Positions 29,701 through 38,116 of a DNA stretch of 41,771 bases are shown here, piece by piece (positions within the stretch are counted from its first letter, which is position 1; the number at the start of each line of letters is the position of its first letter). The stretch covers positions 492-42,262 of the forward strand of contig JAJQCX010000129.1 in the NCBI GenBank assembly GCA_021202495.1, read 5' to 3'. The stretch is from Clostridia bacterium (GTDB taxonomy: Bacteria; Bacillota; Clostridia; UMGS1883). Under the pieces are notes generated by a model. That model saw only the letters and a list, made by a program, of their open reading frames with translations. It was not told the DNA's origin and did no database searches. The position numbers were made by a program, and so were the translations under genes.

Positions 29701-30633
29701 GAAAACGGGATGTATGTGCTTAAGGAAGAGGCTTCTGACCTTGACTGCGACATAACGGCGGAAAACCCGACGATAGACGCGGTATACGTTGAATACCTCA
29801 AGGGCAATAATATCTTTGAATACGGCTCATTTGAGGATGAGAACGGAAACTTCACGATGGGCACATGGCAGAGCCCGCAGGGGAACGGCTACTTTGACGA
29901 TATAAGCTCCAGCTATTTCTACGTTGTAGACCGCGATGCAAACAGTGCAACTCTCTACGTTGCGGGTACGACATACAGCGGAGCTGACGATTACGCACTC
30001 GGAACGCGTTGGAACGACGGTCAGACGGGACTTTGCTCGATGGTGAACTTCATTGAGGTTAAAGCGGGCAAGACGTATTATGTATCCTACGATTACAAGC
30101 ATAAGACGGCGGGAACGGACGGCGGATATATAAGAACGACATTCCAGTCGACTGACACGATAACGACGGATGACGGTTCGGATAACAATACGCCGCAGAA
30201 TGTGACGACCGAATGGCAGTCGAACAGATTTGCGATAACCGCGCCTTCGGACGGATACATTTACTTCCACTTCAGCTATCTCGGCTCGAGCGGAAACGCG
30301 GGAAGCGGACCTTACTGGTACTTCGATGATTTTGAAGTTTGCGAGCTTGTTGAAAACGACGTTTACGCAGTTGAGGCGGCAGTTGCAAGCAGTGCGGACG
30401 GCAAGAGCGTTATTACGCTGACAAATAACAGCGGCGAGGAGCTGACGGGCGTTAAGGTTTATGCAGCAGCCGCTGCTGAGACAATGGTGAACAACGTAAA
30501 CGCGACAACGTTTGATTTCGCGGTTGACGAGGTTAAGGAAATTGAAGTCAACATGACCGGCGAAATAAAGATTTACATTTGGAATGACGCAATGCAGCCG
30601 CTGACATACGCTCAGACGGTTACGGCGGAGTAA
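26737..30633 (+). CDS. Large secreted protein. After the signal peptide come an N-terminal beta-sandwich (DNRLRE-like, tentative), a BNR_4-like beta-propeller, a LamG (Laminin_G_3-like) domain, a CBM_4_9-like module and a C-terminal module shared with the LRR protein.
   Basis: ATG 26737 follows AAAGGGAGG, and the upstream part of the track ORF overlaps ilvD and is rejected. The signal peptide is MEMRKFISIVLSLAMLLAFLPVVGLAA. The propeller-like segment reads WCWFADPRSISY...DDHNNPTFLVLPD. The LamG-like segment reads VNLTFVYDGEKVKVYRDG...VVVYDRALNSDEVKAL. The CBM-like segment reads NIFEYGSFED...YWYFDDFEV. Confidence 0.85.
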   Translation: MEMRKFISIVLSLAMLLAFLPVVGLAADSNTVTAVRTAYFNSASEWALYDTSTNSDNILVASSGSDSWQAESSFTDEDGTVTSQSSLSGTGFATPRNALIAFTIPEDFDADSVARVTLSMTVKNVKQVTSGARLAVYGNSLSGEWSLSTGRAAFTGSSDTSVSGLSNLTCLGLTDAIQTGNQTSESASGETITLTSVALTNYVKEMAAAGYTEVTFRLATPLGGIRIYSYNTDYAPTLTISEGTLSSVNVKTVYYDGETLVSSESETMNNLVAGEEYTYSSSSIESYVTIGSDIYCYDSEKSSLTVTVAEDGSSEVVIAYTKYDAANSFSGYELTDEGAWCWFADPRSISYKNDEGTLDFTIIGYIDVHGNIKATQIDNLTNTTEEVLIRSNIQPDDHNNPTFLVLPDERIIVFYSRHTDEACFWYRVTAEKGDLTTLGEEKCLKTSANTTYPSPFILSDDPDHIYLCWRGINWHPTIAQLSLPDENGDLEFTFGPYQMVQSTGARPYAKYASNGKDKIYVTYTTGHPDNEQPNWVYFNQIDIATMTIEDIYGNTLSTIEDGTLAVNKTDYSQTFIVDTADGSYRDWVWQTAIGDDGYPVIAMVRISGGKTSHDYYYVKWNGSEWVTTYLINGGGAFHQSSGLEMCYSGGMAIDPDNTNVIYVSAPVTGVFGDVYEIIKFTMSDDGTEVLSQEQITSNSQYNNVRPYVIPNSEDNDLRLIWMYGEYYDWIVSSSYTTQGFCTAVHTEVPVPESDVDLSGAIAEETYDEIGGVFVSTEETANIVETSAAGAFTVSADIYLDGTGSIIDMGGISFAVTEMETQYGASATGTRKRAVTTVNGEEYISSNVYGTSDIWTTFSRGTSSEYGISDYDGYVNLTFVYDGEKVKVYRDGLLDQNIEATDVTLSDVKIGGFEGYAENVVVYDRALNSDEVKALAEVDYEVVDVEAEGDVTVTINYTTTLGNTIKASETITLPYGTDVYNFATDTLFTENGMYVLKEEASDLDCDITAENPTIDAVYVEYLKGNNIFEYGSFEDENGNFTMGTWQSPQGNGYFDDISSSYFYVVDRDANSATLYVAGTTYSGADDYALGTRWNDGQTGLCSMVNFIEVKAGKTYYVSYDYKHKTAGTDGGYIRTTFQSTDTITTDDGSDNNTPQNVTTEWQSNRFAITAPSDGYIYFHFSYLGSSGNAGSGPYWYFDDFEVCELVENDVYAVEAAVASSADGKSVITLTNNSGEELTGVKVYAAAAAETMVNNVNATTFDFAVDEVKEIEVNMTGEIKIYIWNDAMQPLTYAQTVTAE

Positions 30634-30648
30634 AAAAGATAAAAATAT

Positions 30649-30676
30649 CGGGGAGCCGAAAGGCTCCCCGTATTTA
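30649..30676 (+). terminator. Rho-independent terminator.
   Basis: The stem pairs CGGGGAGCC (30649-30657) with GGCTCCCCG (30662-30670) around a GAAA loop and is followed by TATTTA. Confidence 0.7.
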
Positions 30677-30688
30677 TAGGAGGCAAAA

Positions 30689-31690
30689 ATGACGCTTTAT
30701 GAAAATGCGCTGCGAAAAGCGGCGGAGGATGCGGGAGGGGCGTTTGAAGGGAAAAATGTGCTTGTGACGGGAGCGACGGGGCTCGTGGGAAAGGCTTTGG
30801 TTGACTGCCTGACGCTTGACGGGAAAACGGCAGTTTACGCCGCGTCGCGCTCAAAGCAAAGCTTTGACGCGAGGTTTAAGGAACGCGAGAATTTAAAATA
30901 TTTTGAATTTGACCTTTTGCAGCCTGTCAAAAACGCGCCGAAATTTGATTATATCATTCACGCGGCGTCAAACGCGGATCCGAAAATGTTTGACAAAGAC
31001 CCTGTGGGAACTATGACGGCAAATTTTATGGGAACATATAATCTCTTGGAGCTTGTGCGAAAGATGGGCGGAAGGCTCATCTATATTTCCTCCGGCGAGG
31101 TCTACGGACAGTATGACGGAGCGTGCGAGGCGTTTTGCGAGGATTACGCCGGATATGTAAATTTTTCGGAAGCGCGGGGGTGCTACCCGACGGCGAAAAG
31201 GGCGGCGGAAAATCTGCTCGTATGCTATAACAAGCAATATGGTACAGACGGAGTTATCGTGCGGCTTTCGCACACATACGGCCCGACCCAACTTGAACGT
31301 GATTCGCGGGCGTCGTCTGAATTTTTCCGTCTTGCGTCGCGGGGCGATGACATTATAATGCGAAGCTTGGGCGAAACGGTACGCTCATATACTTGCGTTT
31401 TTGACGCTGTGAGCGCAATTTTAACCGCTGCGGCAAGGGGAAAGAGCGGCGAGGCGTATAATGTGGCAAACACAAATTCCGCCGTTTCCATAGCGGAGCT
31501 CGCGAAAACGATTGCCGAGGCTGCGGGGCGAAAGGTTGTCTTTGAGATAGGGGAGGTAAAAGGTGCGGGAAAAATAGCCCGCGGAGTGCTCGATGCGTCA
31601 AAGCTTGAAAAATTGGGGTGGAGAGCGCGGTATGATTTGAAGGACGGAGTAAAAATAACACTTGACATAATGGGGGATAGGCATGAATGA
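30689..31690 (+). CDS. NAD-dependent epimerase/dehydratase (extended SDR).
   Basis: The Rossmann motif is VTGATGLVGKAL and the catalytic YxxxK is YPTAK. The size is about 333 aa. Confidence 0.88.
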   Translation: MTLYENALRKAAEDAGGAFEGKNVLVTGATGLVGKALVDCLTLDGKTAVYAASRSKQSFDARFKERENLKYFEFDLLQPVKNAPKFDYIIHAASNADPKMFDKDPVGTMTANFMGTYNLLELVRKMGGRLIYISSGEVYGQYDGACEAFCEDYAGYVNFSEARGCYPTAKRAAENLLVCYNKQYGTDGVIVRLSHTYGPTQLERDSRASSEFFRLASRGDDIIMRSLGETVRSYTCVFDAVSAILTAAARGKSGEAYNVANTNSAVSIAELAKTIAEAAGRKVVFEIGEVKGAGKIARGVLDASKLEKLGWRARYDLKDGVKITLDIMGDRHE

Positions 31691-32126
31691 AAAATTGAAG
31701 GCGTTGCTTTGCAAGGAGGACGGGCTTATAACGACGCTTGCCAACGCGGCGGCGGTTTTGAACGAGGAATTGGACGATATAAACTGGGTAGGGTTTTACC
31801 TGATGCATGAAGGTGTGTTGCGGCTTGCTCCGTTTCAGGGAAAAAGTGCGTGTGTGAGAATTGCCATGGGGCGCGGCGTGTGCGGTACGGCGGCACAGGA
31901 GGATAAAACTTATCTTGTAAACGATGTACATGATTTCCCGGGACATATTGCCTGCGACTGCGCATCAAACGCGGAAATTGTTGTGCCTCTGCACTTTGAG
32001 GGTGAGGTTATCGGCGTGCTTGACATCGACAGCCCGACAAAGGGCAGATTTTCCGAGGAGGATAAAATCACGCTTGAGGAAAGTGCGAGAATAATCGAAA
32101 GCGTGTGGTGCAGAGAGTTTTTTTGA
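31683..32126 (+). CDS. GAF-domain protein (YebR/MsrC-like free methionine-(R)-sulfoxide reductase family).
   Basis: VNWVGFYL...PFQGKSACVRIAMGRGVCGTAA...FPGHIACDCASNAEIVVPL matches my recollection of the fRMsr family with its conserved Cys residues. The gene overlaps the epimerase stop by 8 nt. Confidence 0.78.
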   Translation: MNEKLKALLCKEDGLITTLANAAAVLNEELDDINWVGFYLMHEGVLRLAPFQGKSACVRIAMGRGVCGTAAQEDKTYLVNDVHDFPGHIACDCASNAEIVVPLHFEGEVIGVLDIDSPTKGRFSEEDKITLEESARIIESVWCREFF

Positions 32127-32261
32127 GCAAGCGTGCCGCTTGATCCGATTTCGCGTGGCAGTGCAGTGTGAAATTTAGCGCGTGGTCGCATTTTTCGGTG
32201 CGGTGTGAGACGCGGGCGGGGAGGCAGCTCTGACCGTACAACCTGACGGACATGATATAAA

Positions 32262-32304
32262 AAAAGAGCGTTTCAACCTTTCATTGGGGCGGAAACGCTC
32301 TTTT
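32262..32304. terminator. Bidirectional terminator between the convergent GAF and MATE genes.
   Basis: A 13-bp stem pairs AAAAGAGCGTTTC (32262-32274) with GAAACGCTCTTTT (32292-32304). A- and T-runs flank it. Confidence 0.75.
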
Positions 32305-32314
32305 ATGTGTGAGG

Positions 32315-33694
32315 TTAATTTGCCAAAGGTTTGATAACCTTTTTATATGTTCTTGCCAAGAATATGATGCTTATTATAAGCGAGGCAAGCTCCGCAATCG
32401 GGAAGCTGTACCAAACAAGGTTGATGCTGCCGGCAAGAGAGAGAAGATATGCGGCGGGAAGGAGAACGACAAGCTGACGGACAATTGAAACTATCATGCT
32501 CAAAATGCCGTTGCCGACTGCTTGGAACACGCTGCCGCAGATAACGTTAAAGCCCGCCAAGATAAAGCTGATGCTGATGATGCGGAGCGCGGGAACGCCT
32601 ATTTCGCTGAGCGCGCCGGGAGTGTCAGAGAAGAGATTTAAAAGCGGTTCGGTGAAGATTTGGAAAATGGCAAAGCCCGCGAGCATCAGAATAACCGCAT
32701 ATGTAACCGCAAGACGGATTGTTTTTGTCATGCGCTCGGGACGGCGTGCGCCGTAGTTGTAGGCGATGATGGGAACCATGCCGTTGTTGAGACCGAAAAC
32801 AGGCATAAAGACGAAGCTTTGAAGCTTGTAATAAATGCCGAAAACAGTTTGCGCGGTGTCCGCGAGTTCATCAAATGCGCGGAGAATTTTATTTATGCCA
32901 AAGGTCATGATGCTGGCAATCGAAATCATTATGATTGAGGGCAAACCGACGGAATAGATGCGCTTGATGATGGCAAGGATCGGGCGAAAGCCGCGAAGTG
33001 AAATTTTAATTTCGGTGTTGACGCGAATGTTAAAATAGAGCGCCAAGAGAGCTGCGACCATTTGCCCGCCGACTGTTGCCACAGCCGCGCCTAGAACGCC
33101 GAGGCGAGGGAAAAAGCCGATGCCGAAAATGAGAAGCGGGTCAAAAATGAGGTTGATAATTGCGCCGGTCATTTGCGTTATCATAGAATAGAACGATTTG
33201 CCTGTTGAAAGCAGCAGTCTTTCAAGCGTTACCTGAAAGAAGCTGCCGAAGGAAAGCCCAAGGCAGACGCCGGCATAGATAACGCCGTTTTCGATGACAG
33301 CGGTGTTTGAGGTTTGCGCCGCAAAGAAGAAGCGAGCGAAGAATACGCCGATGATAAGGAAAATCACATAGTGTACCGCGGCGAGAAAAAGACCGTTGAC
33401 GGCAGCTTTGTTTGCGCGGTCAAAATCCTTTTCGCCGAGACTTTTCGACAAAAGAGCGTTAATGCCGACCGCAGTGCCCGAAGCAAACGCTATAAGAAGA
33501 TTTTGCAGCGGGAATGTGAGAGAGACCGCCTGCAGAGCGTCCTGCCCGAGTTTTGCGACAAAGATGCTGTCGACAATGTTATAAAGCGCCTGCACAAGCA
33601 TGGAGAGCATCATCGGGAAGCTCATTGTTAAAAGCAGCTTGTTGACAGGCATTGTACCCATTTTGTTTTCTTTCGGAGTTTCGTTTGAAGCCAT
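32315..33694 (-). CDS. MATE-family efflux transporter.
   Basis: This is a membrane protein with about 12 TM helices and an N-terminal block PVNKLLLTMSFPMMLSMLVQALYNIVDSIFV typical of MATE/NorM. ATG 33694 lies about 9 nt after GAAAGGA, while the track start at 33703 abuts the RBS. Confidence 0.9.
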   Translation of the reverse strand: MASNETPKENKMGTMPVNKLLLTMSFPMMLSMLVQALYNIVDSIFVAKLGQDALQAVSLTFPLQNLLIAFASGTAVGINALLSKSLGEKDFDRANKAAVNGLFLAAVHYVIFLIIGVFFARFFFAAQTSNTAVIENGVIYAGVCLGLSFGSFFQVTLERLLLSTGKSFYSMITQMTGAIINLIFDPLLIFGIGFFPRLGVLGAAVATVGGQMVAALLALYFNIRVNTEIKISLRGFRPILAIIKRIYSVGLPSIIMISIASIMTFGINKILRAFDELADTAQTVFGIYYKLQSFVFMPVFGLNNGMVPIIAYNYGARRPERMTKTIRLAVTYAVILMLAGFAIFQIFTEPLLNLFSDTPGALSEIGVPALRIISISFILAGFNVICGSVFQAVGNGILSMIVSIVRQLVVLLPAAYLLSLAGSINLVWYSFPIAELASLIISIIFLARTYKKVIKPLAN

Positions 33695-33734
33695 GAATTT
33701 CATCCTTTCATAGTATTACGATATTGCGGAAACT

Positions 33735-33762
33735 ATTATAGCACAGATAAAAATTTTGTCAA
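33735..33762 (-). promoter_or_regulatory. Promoter of the MATE gene.
   Basis: On the minus strand, TTGACA (33762-33757), a 16-nt spacer and TATAAT (33740-33735), preceded by TGC. Confidence 0.55.
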
Positions 33763-33788
33763 TAAAAGTTTGAAAATGAAGAGAATAG

Positions 33789-34685
33789 CTAAATTCCGGT
33801 TAAATCGAAGGGTGGGATGAATGAATCCTTTTGTGTTTCGCCCTCTTGGATAAATGCGTTTGTTATGCCGAGGCGGGAGGCATATGTTATCAGGGAATTA
33901 TATTCCCGTGCGGTTACGGGGCGGTTGAGATTGGGGTAAAGAGCGCTTTGGCGAACGGGAGTATATTGGTTCATTAGGCTTAAAATGACGCGGTCGCCGT
34001 ATTTTTCATAGATATATTTTATTAAAAGCTTTGATTCAATCAAATGCCCCGGTAAAAGAAGGTGGCGGACTATGACGCCGCGCTTCATTATGCCGTTTTC
34101 GATAACGGGGGAGGGCTGCTGCTTTACCATTTCGGCGAGAGCTCTGTCGGCACATTCAAAATAATCGGGAGCCGCGGAATATTTCGCGGCGGTTTCGGCT
34201 TTGAAATATTTAAAATCGGTCAGATATATATCAGCGGTATTTTTGAGCGCGCGAATTGAGGCGGCGTTTTCATAGCCGCCGGTATTGTAGACAATGGGAA
34301 GAGATAAGCCTCTTTCACGCGCAAGCGAAACCGAGGAAATGACATGCGGAATAAAATGCGTCGGGGTGACAAGGTTGATGTTGTGCGCGCCTTTTTCTTG
34401 CAGCTCAAGATAAATTTCGGCAAGGCGGGCGGGGGAGACCTCTTTTCCTCCAAAGCCGTGTGCAATGGAATAATTTTGGCAATAGACGCATTTTAAATTA
34501 CAGCCGCGAAAAAAGACCGTGCCGGAGCCGTTTGTGCCGGAAATCGGCGGTTCTTCCCAAAAATGTAAGGCTGCGCGTGCGGCAAAAAGGGTATCGCTTT
34601 CACCGCAAAAGCCGCGCGAGCTGCGGCGGTCAACACCGCAGCCGCGCGGACAAAGCCGGCAGTTATAGTAAGCCTCGTGCGTCAC
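33789..34685 (-). CDS. Radical SAM protein (PflX-like / activase-like, COG1313 type).
   Basis: The CxxxCxxC cluster is CNLKCVYCQN, and there is an N-terminal Cys-rich segment CRLCPRGCGVDR. The GTG start overlaps the stop of the upstream small gene (GTGA). Confidence 0.83.
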   Translation of the reverse strand: MTHEAYYNCRLCPRGCGVDRRSSRGFCGESDTLFAARAALHFWEEPPISGTNGSGTVFFRGCNLKCVYCQNYSIAHGFGGKEVSPARLAEIYLELQEKGAHNINLVTPTHFIPHVISSVSLARERGLSLPIVYNTGGYENAASIRALKNTADIYLTDFKYFKAETAAKYSAAPDYFECADRALAEMVKQQPSPVIENGIMKRGVIVRHLLLPGHLIESKLLIKYIYEKYGDRVILSLMNQYTPVRQSALYPNLNRPVTAREYNSLITYASRLGITNAFIQEGETQKDSFIPPFDLTGI

Positions 34686-34873
34686 AGCTTTTTCGCCCTC
34701 TGCGCCAAGCGCTCACGGCGGAGCTTTTCCTCGTCGGGGTCGGCTGAAATGATAACCGCACTGCCTACGCCGATGCCCTCCGGAAGAAGGGCGAGCGGCA
34801 TATCAAAAAAATGGTGGTCGGGTGTTTCGACGACGGCAAGCCCGTCCTCAAAACGGTCAACAATTATCTTCAT
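34682..34873 (-). CDS. Small DUF3006-like protein.
   Basis: The sequence is MKIIVDRFEDGLAVVE...LPEGIGVGSAV. ATG 34873 is preceded by AGGAAGTG, and the gene is translationally coupled to the radical SAM gene. Confidence 0.6.
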   Translation of the reverse strand: MKIIVDRFEDGLAVVETPDHHFFDMPLALLPEGIGVGSAVIISADPDEEKLRRERLAQRAKKL

Positions 34874-34891
34874 TGGTGATTCACTTCCTTT

Positions 34892-34917
34892 AAAGGTCAG
34901 CCGCGCAGCGGCTGACC
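34892..34917 (-). terminator. Hairpin downstream of the PPK2 gene.
   Basis: A 10-bp perfect stem pairs GGTCAGCCGC (34895-34904) with GCGGCTGACC (34908-34917) around a 3-nt loop. Only TTT follows on the minus strand, so termination is probably partial. Confidence 0.5.
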
Positions 34918-34941
34918 ACGGGGACAACGTAGTGTTATATT

Positions 34942-36417
34942 TTATTTTTCGCTGTCTATGCCCATGCGTTTTTCCAAAGCTTCGACAACGGTTTTCAAAA
35001 CCTTAATACGTGCGTAGTATTTGTCATTTGCCTCAACGACTGTCCAGGGTGCGTAGGGGGTTGAGGTGCGGACAAGCATTTCATCGACGGCGGTGACATA
35101 TTCATCCCACTTTTCGCGGTTGCGCCAGTCCTCGTCGGTGAGCTTCCACGATTTTTGCGGATTGTCGCGGCGCTCCATGAAGCGTTTTTCCTGCTCGTCG
35201 GGGTCGATGTGAAGCCAGAATTTGCATATAACCGTGTCGGCGTCGTAGAGGTTGCGTTCTATGTTGTTTATCTCTCGATAGGCGCGCTGCCATTCGTCTG
35301 TTGTGCAGAAGCCCTCTATTCTTTCAACCATTACCCTACCGTACCAGCTGCGGTCGAAGATTGCGGCATGTCCCGCCTTGGGCATTTTTGTCCAATAGCG
35401 CCAAAGGTGGTTATGCGCCTTTTCGATGTCGTTCGGCGCGGAGGAGGGAACAACGTTGTAGCCTCTCGGATCGAGCTTTTCGGTGAGGCGGCGGATTGCT
35501 CCGCCCTTGCCCGCAGCGTCCCAACCTTCAAAAACGCACACAAGCGGAACGCGCTCGCGGTACATTTTTGCGTGAAGAAGGCGCAAACGGCTTTGAAGCT
35601 TTAAAAGCTGCTCCTTATATTCATCCTTGGAAATTGTCTTTGTGAGGTCAACGCCGTTTAAAACGTAATTTCTGTAATCGCTCAGTTGGTCAAAATCGTC
35701 CGGATTGGGGCGCGGAGACTGCATAAGCTCAATCTGCGCCTGTATTTTGGCGATAACGACCGACATTATTTTGACCGCGGCATACTCTTTGTCCTCCGCT
35801 TCGACGATGTACCACGGGCAATAGGGCGTGTCGGTGAGGCGGATTGTCTCGGAAAATTCGGCGCATTTGTCGTCATAGCGGCGGTTTTGCTCAAGGTCGT
35901 GCTCGTCTACGCGCCAGGACGTGTTTTCGTTTTCGGCAAGCTCGGCAAGACGCTTTTTCTGCTCCTTTTTTGATATGTGGAGGAAAAACTTGATGATAAG
36001 ATTGCCGTCGTCGACAAGCTCGCGCTCAAAATCGATGCACTGCTGGCAGCGTGCGGGATATTTTTCACTCTTCGGATTTGTAAAGGGGTCAATGTACCAG
36101 CTGTGGTCAAAAATGCTTATGACGCCGCGTGCGGGCGTTTTCTTCCAAAAGCGGCACAAATAGGGGTACATTGCGTCCTCACCCGCCGTGGGCTTGGTGG
36201 TGTGAACCTCAAAGCCGCGCGGGTCGAGCGCCTGGAGCAGCATATTTATCTGCGTGCCCTTGCCGGACGCAGCCCAGCCCTCAAATACAATGATAATCGG
36301 AATTTTGAGCTTGCGCGCCTCGCGCTGGAGCGCCGAGAGAGTTGCCGAAAGCTCCTCATACTTTGGCTTGAACTCCTTTTTGGACATTTTTTTTGACAAA
36401 TCGATATGAGTTAACAT
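34942..36417 (-). CDS. Two-domain polyphosphate kinase 2 family protein (polyphosphate:AMP/nucleotide phosphotransferase-like).
   Basis: There are two tandem PPK2 modules, each with a Walker-A-like block (FEGWAASGKGTQI and FEGWDAAGKGGAI) and FDRSWY/FDHSWY. ATG 36417 is preceded by GGAGGGA. Confidence 0.9.
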   Translation of the reverse strand: MLTHIDLSKKMSKKEFKPKYEELSATLSALQREARKLKIPIIIVFEGWAASGKGTQINMLLQALDPRGFEVHTTKPTAGEDAMYPYLCRFWKKTPARGVISIFDHSWYIDPFTNPKSEKYPARCQQCIDFERELVDDGNLIIKFFLHISKKEQKKRLAELAENENTSWRVDEHDLEQNRRYDDKCAEFSETIRLTDTPYCPWYIVEAEDKEYAAVKIMSVVIAKIQAQIELMQSPRPNPDDFDQLSDYRNYVLNGVDLTKTISKDEYKEQLLKLQSRLRLLHAKMYRERVPLVCVFEGWDAAGKGGAIRRLTEKLDPRGYNVVPSSAPNDIEKAHNHLWRYWTKMPKAGHAAIFDRSWYGRVMVERIEGFCTTDEWQRAYREINNIERNLYDADTVICKFWLHIDPDEQEKRFMERRDNPQKSWKLTDEDWRNREKWDEYVTAVDEMLVRTSTPYAPWTVVEANDKYYARIKVLKTVVEALEKRMGIDSEK

Positions 36418-36460
36418 ACCATTCCCTCCTCTGAATTGAATTTTCATTTTCCATATCTCT

Positions 36461-36489
36461 ATTATACGACAAAAGAGGGAAAATGTACA
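36461..36489 (-). promoter_or_regulatory. Putative promoter of the PPK2 gene.
   Basis: On the minus strand, TGTACA, a 17-nt spacer and TATAAT (36466-36461). Confidence 0.45.
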
Positions 36490-36564
36490 GCGAAAATTAA
36501 AGCATGCGGATAAAAAATTGCAGGGCATATTTGTGAATGTTTACTGCAACAGTGTAACTGACAG

Positions 36565-36593
36565 TTGACAAATCGGGAATTTTTTTGTAAAAT
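36565..36593 (+). promoter_or_regulatory. Promoter of proS.
   Basis: TTGACA (36565-36570), a 17-nt spacer and TAAAAT (36588-36593). The ATG lies 33 nt downstream. Confidence 0.6.
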
Positions 36594-36626
36594 AAAGCTG
36601 TAATTTTTTATGGGAAGGAAATTGCT

Positions 36627-38063
36627 ATGGCTGACAACAAAAAAATGGTTGAGGAAATCACCTCGCGCGATGTGGATTTTGCGCAATGGTATACCGATAT
36701 AGTTAAAAAGGCGGAGCTTGCGGATTATTCATCTGTTCGCGGCTGCATGATTATCCGTCCTTACGGATATGCGCTGTGGGAGAACATAAAGGCGGAGCTT
36801 GACCGCAGATTTAAGGCGACGGGGCATGAAAACGTATACATGCCGATGCTCATTCCGGAGAGCCTTTTGCAGAAGGAAAAGGATCATGTTGAGGGCTTTG
36901 CGCCCGAGGTTGCGTGGGTTACGCACGGCGGCACGGAAAAGCTCGCCGAGAGGCTTTGCGTGCGTCCGACGTCGGAGACGATTTTCTGCGACCATTACAA
37001 GGATATAATTCATTCATACCGCGATTTGCCCAAGCTTTACAATCAGTGGTGCAGCGTTATGCGCTGGGAAAAGACGACCCGTCCGTTTTTGCGCACGGCT
37101 GAGTTCTTGTGGCAGGAAGGGCACACCATGCACGCCACAGCGGAGGAAGCGCTTGACGAGACAATTCAGATGCTCAATATTTATGCTTCGTTCTCGGAGG
37201 AATTTCTCGCAATTCCCGTCATAAAGGGCAGAAAGACCGACAAGGAGAAGTTTGCCGGAGCTGAGGTGACATATACGATGGAAGCGATGATGCACGACGG
37301 CAAAGCGCTGCAGAGCGGCACGAGCCACTATTTCGGAAACGGTTTTGCAAAGGCGTTCGGCGTTGAGTTTACCGATAAAGACAACACGCTCAAAAATCCG
37401 TATGAGACGTCGTGGGGACTTTCCACAAGAATTATCGGCGCCATTATCATGGTACACGGCGACGACAACGGACTTGTTCTGCCGCCGATGATTGCGCCCA
37501 CGCAGGTTATGGTTATTCCCATTCAGCAGCACAAGGAGGGCGTGGAGGACAAGGCGCGCGAGATTTTGGGAAATATTTCAGCCTTCTGCCGCGCGAAGAT
37601 TGACCTTTCGGACAAGACGCCGGGCTGGAAATTCTCCGAGTGCGAAATGAAGGGCATTCCGCTTCGTCTTGAAATAGGGCCGAAGGATATTGCGGAAAAC
37701 AAGTGTGTGCTCGTTCGTCGAGACACGAGAGAAAAATATTTTGTTCCGCTTTCGGAGCTTGAGAAGAAAATTCCTGAAATTTTGGCGGATATTCAGCGCT
37801 CGCTCTATGAAAACGCGAAGGAGAGCCTCTATTCGCGCATATACGATGCGCAGACAATGGACGAGGTGAAGGATCTTGCAGCGGATAAGCCGGGCTTTAT
37901 CCGTGCAATGTGGTGCGGCGATTTGGAATGCGAAATGAAGATGAAAGAGGAAGCAGGGCTGACAAGCCGCTGTATGCCCTTTGACACAGAGCCCATCGGC
38001 GATACATGCGTCTGCTGCGGCAAAAAGGCGAAGGAGCTTGTCATTTGGGGCAAAGCATATTGA
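36627..38063 (+). CDS. proS: Proline--tRNA ligase (archaeal/eukaryote-like short type).
   Basis: The 478-aa protein starts with [35 protein letters not shown]. Class II motifs are present, and the C-terminal zinc-binding region is CGDLECE...CVCCGK. Confidence 0.96.
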   Translation: MADNKKMVEEITSRDVDFAQWYTDIVKKAELADYSSVRGCMIIRPYGYALWENIKAELDRRFKATGHENVYMPMLIPESLLQKEKDHVEGFAPEVAWVTHGGTEKLAERLCVRPTSETIFCDHYKDIIHSYRDLPKLYNQWCSVMRWEKTTRPFLRTAEFLWQEGHTMHATAEEALDETIQMLNIYASFSEEFLAIPVIKGRKTDKEKFAGAEVTYTMEAMMHDGKALQSGTSHYFGNGFAKAFGVEFTDKDNTLKNPYETSWGLSTRIIGAIIMVHGDDNGLVLPPMIAPTQVMVIPIQQHKEGVEDKAREILGNISAFCRAKIDLSDKTPGWKFSECEMKGIPLRLEIGPKDIAENKCVLVRRDTREKYFVPLSELEKKIPEILADIQRSLYENAKESLYSRIYDAQTMDEVKDLAADKPGFIRAMWCGDLECEMKMKEEAGLTSRCMPFDTEPIGDTCVCCGKKAKELVIWGKAY

Positions 38064-38090
38064 TAAAAGCGTATTGATATAAAAATTAAA

Positions 38091-38116
38091 GCGGCGGGGG
38101 ATCCCGCCGTTTTTTG
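38091..38116 (+). terminator. Rho-independent terminator after proS.
   Basis: The stem pairs CGGCGGG (38092-38098) with CCCGCCG (38103-38109) and is followed by a T-run. Confidence 0.75.

Noticed and set aside
36418-36626. T-box leader upstream of proS.
   Set aside because: The best promoter (-10 at 36588-36593) leaves only about 33 nt before the ATG. That is far too short for a T-box, and no specifier, T-box or terminator elements are visible.
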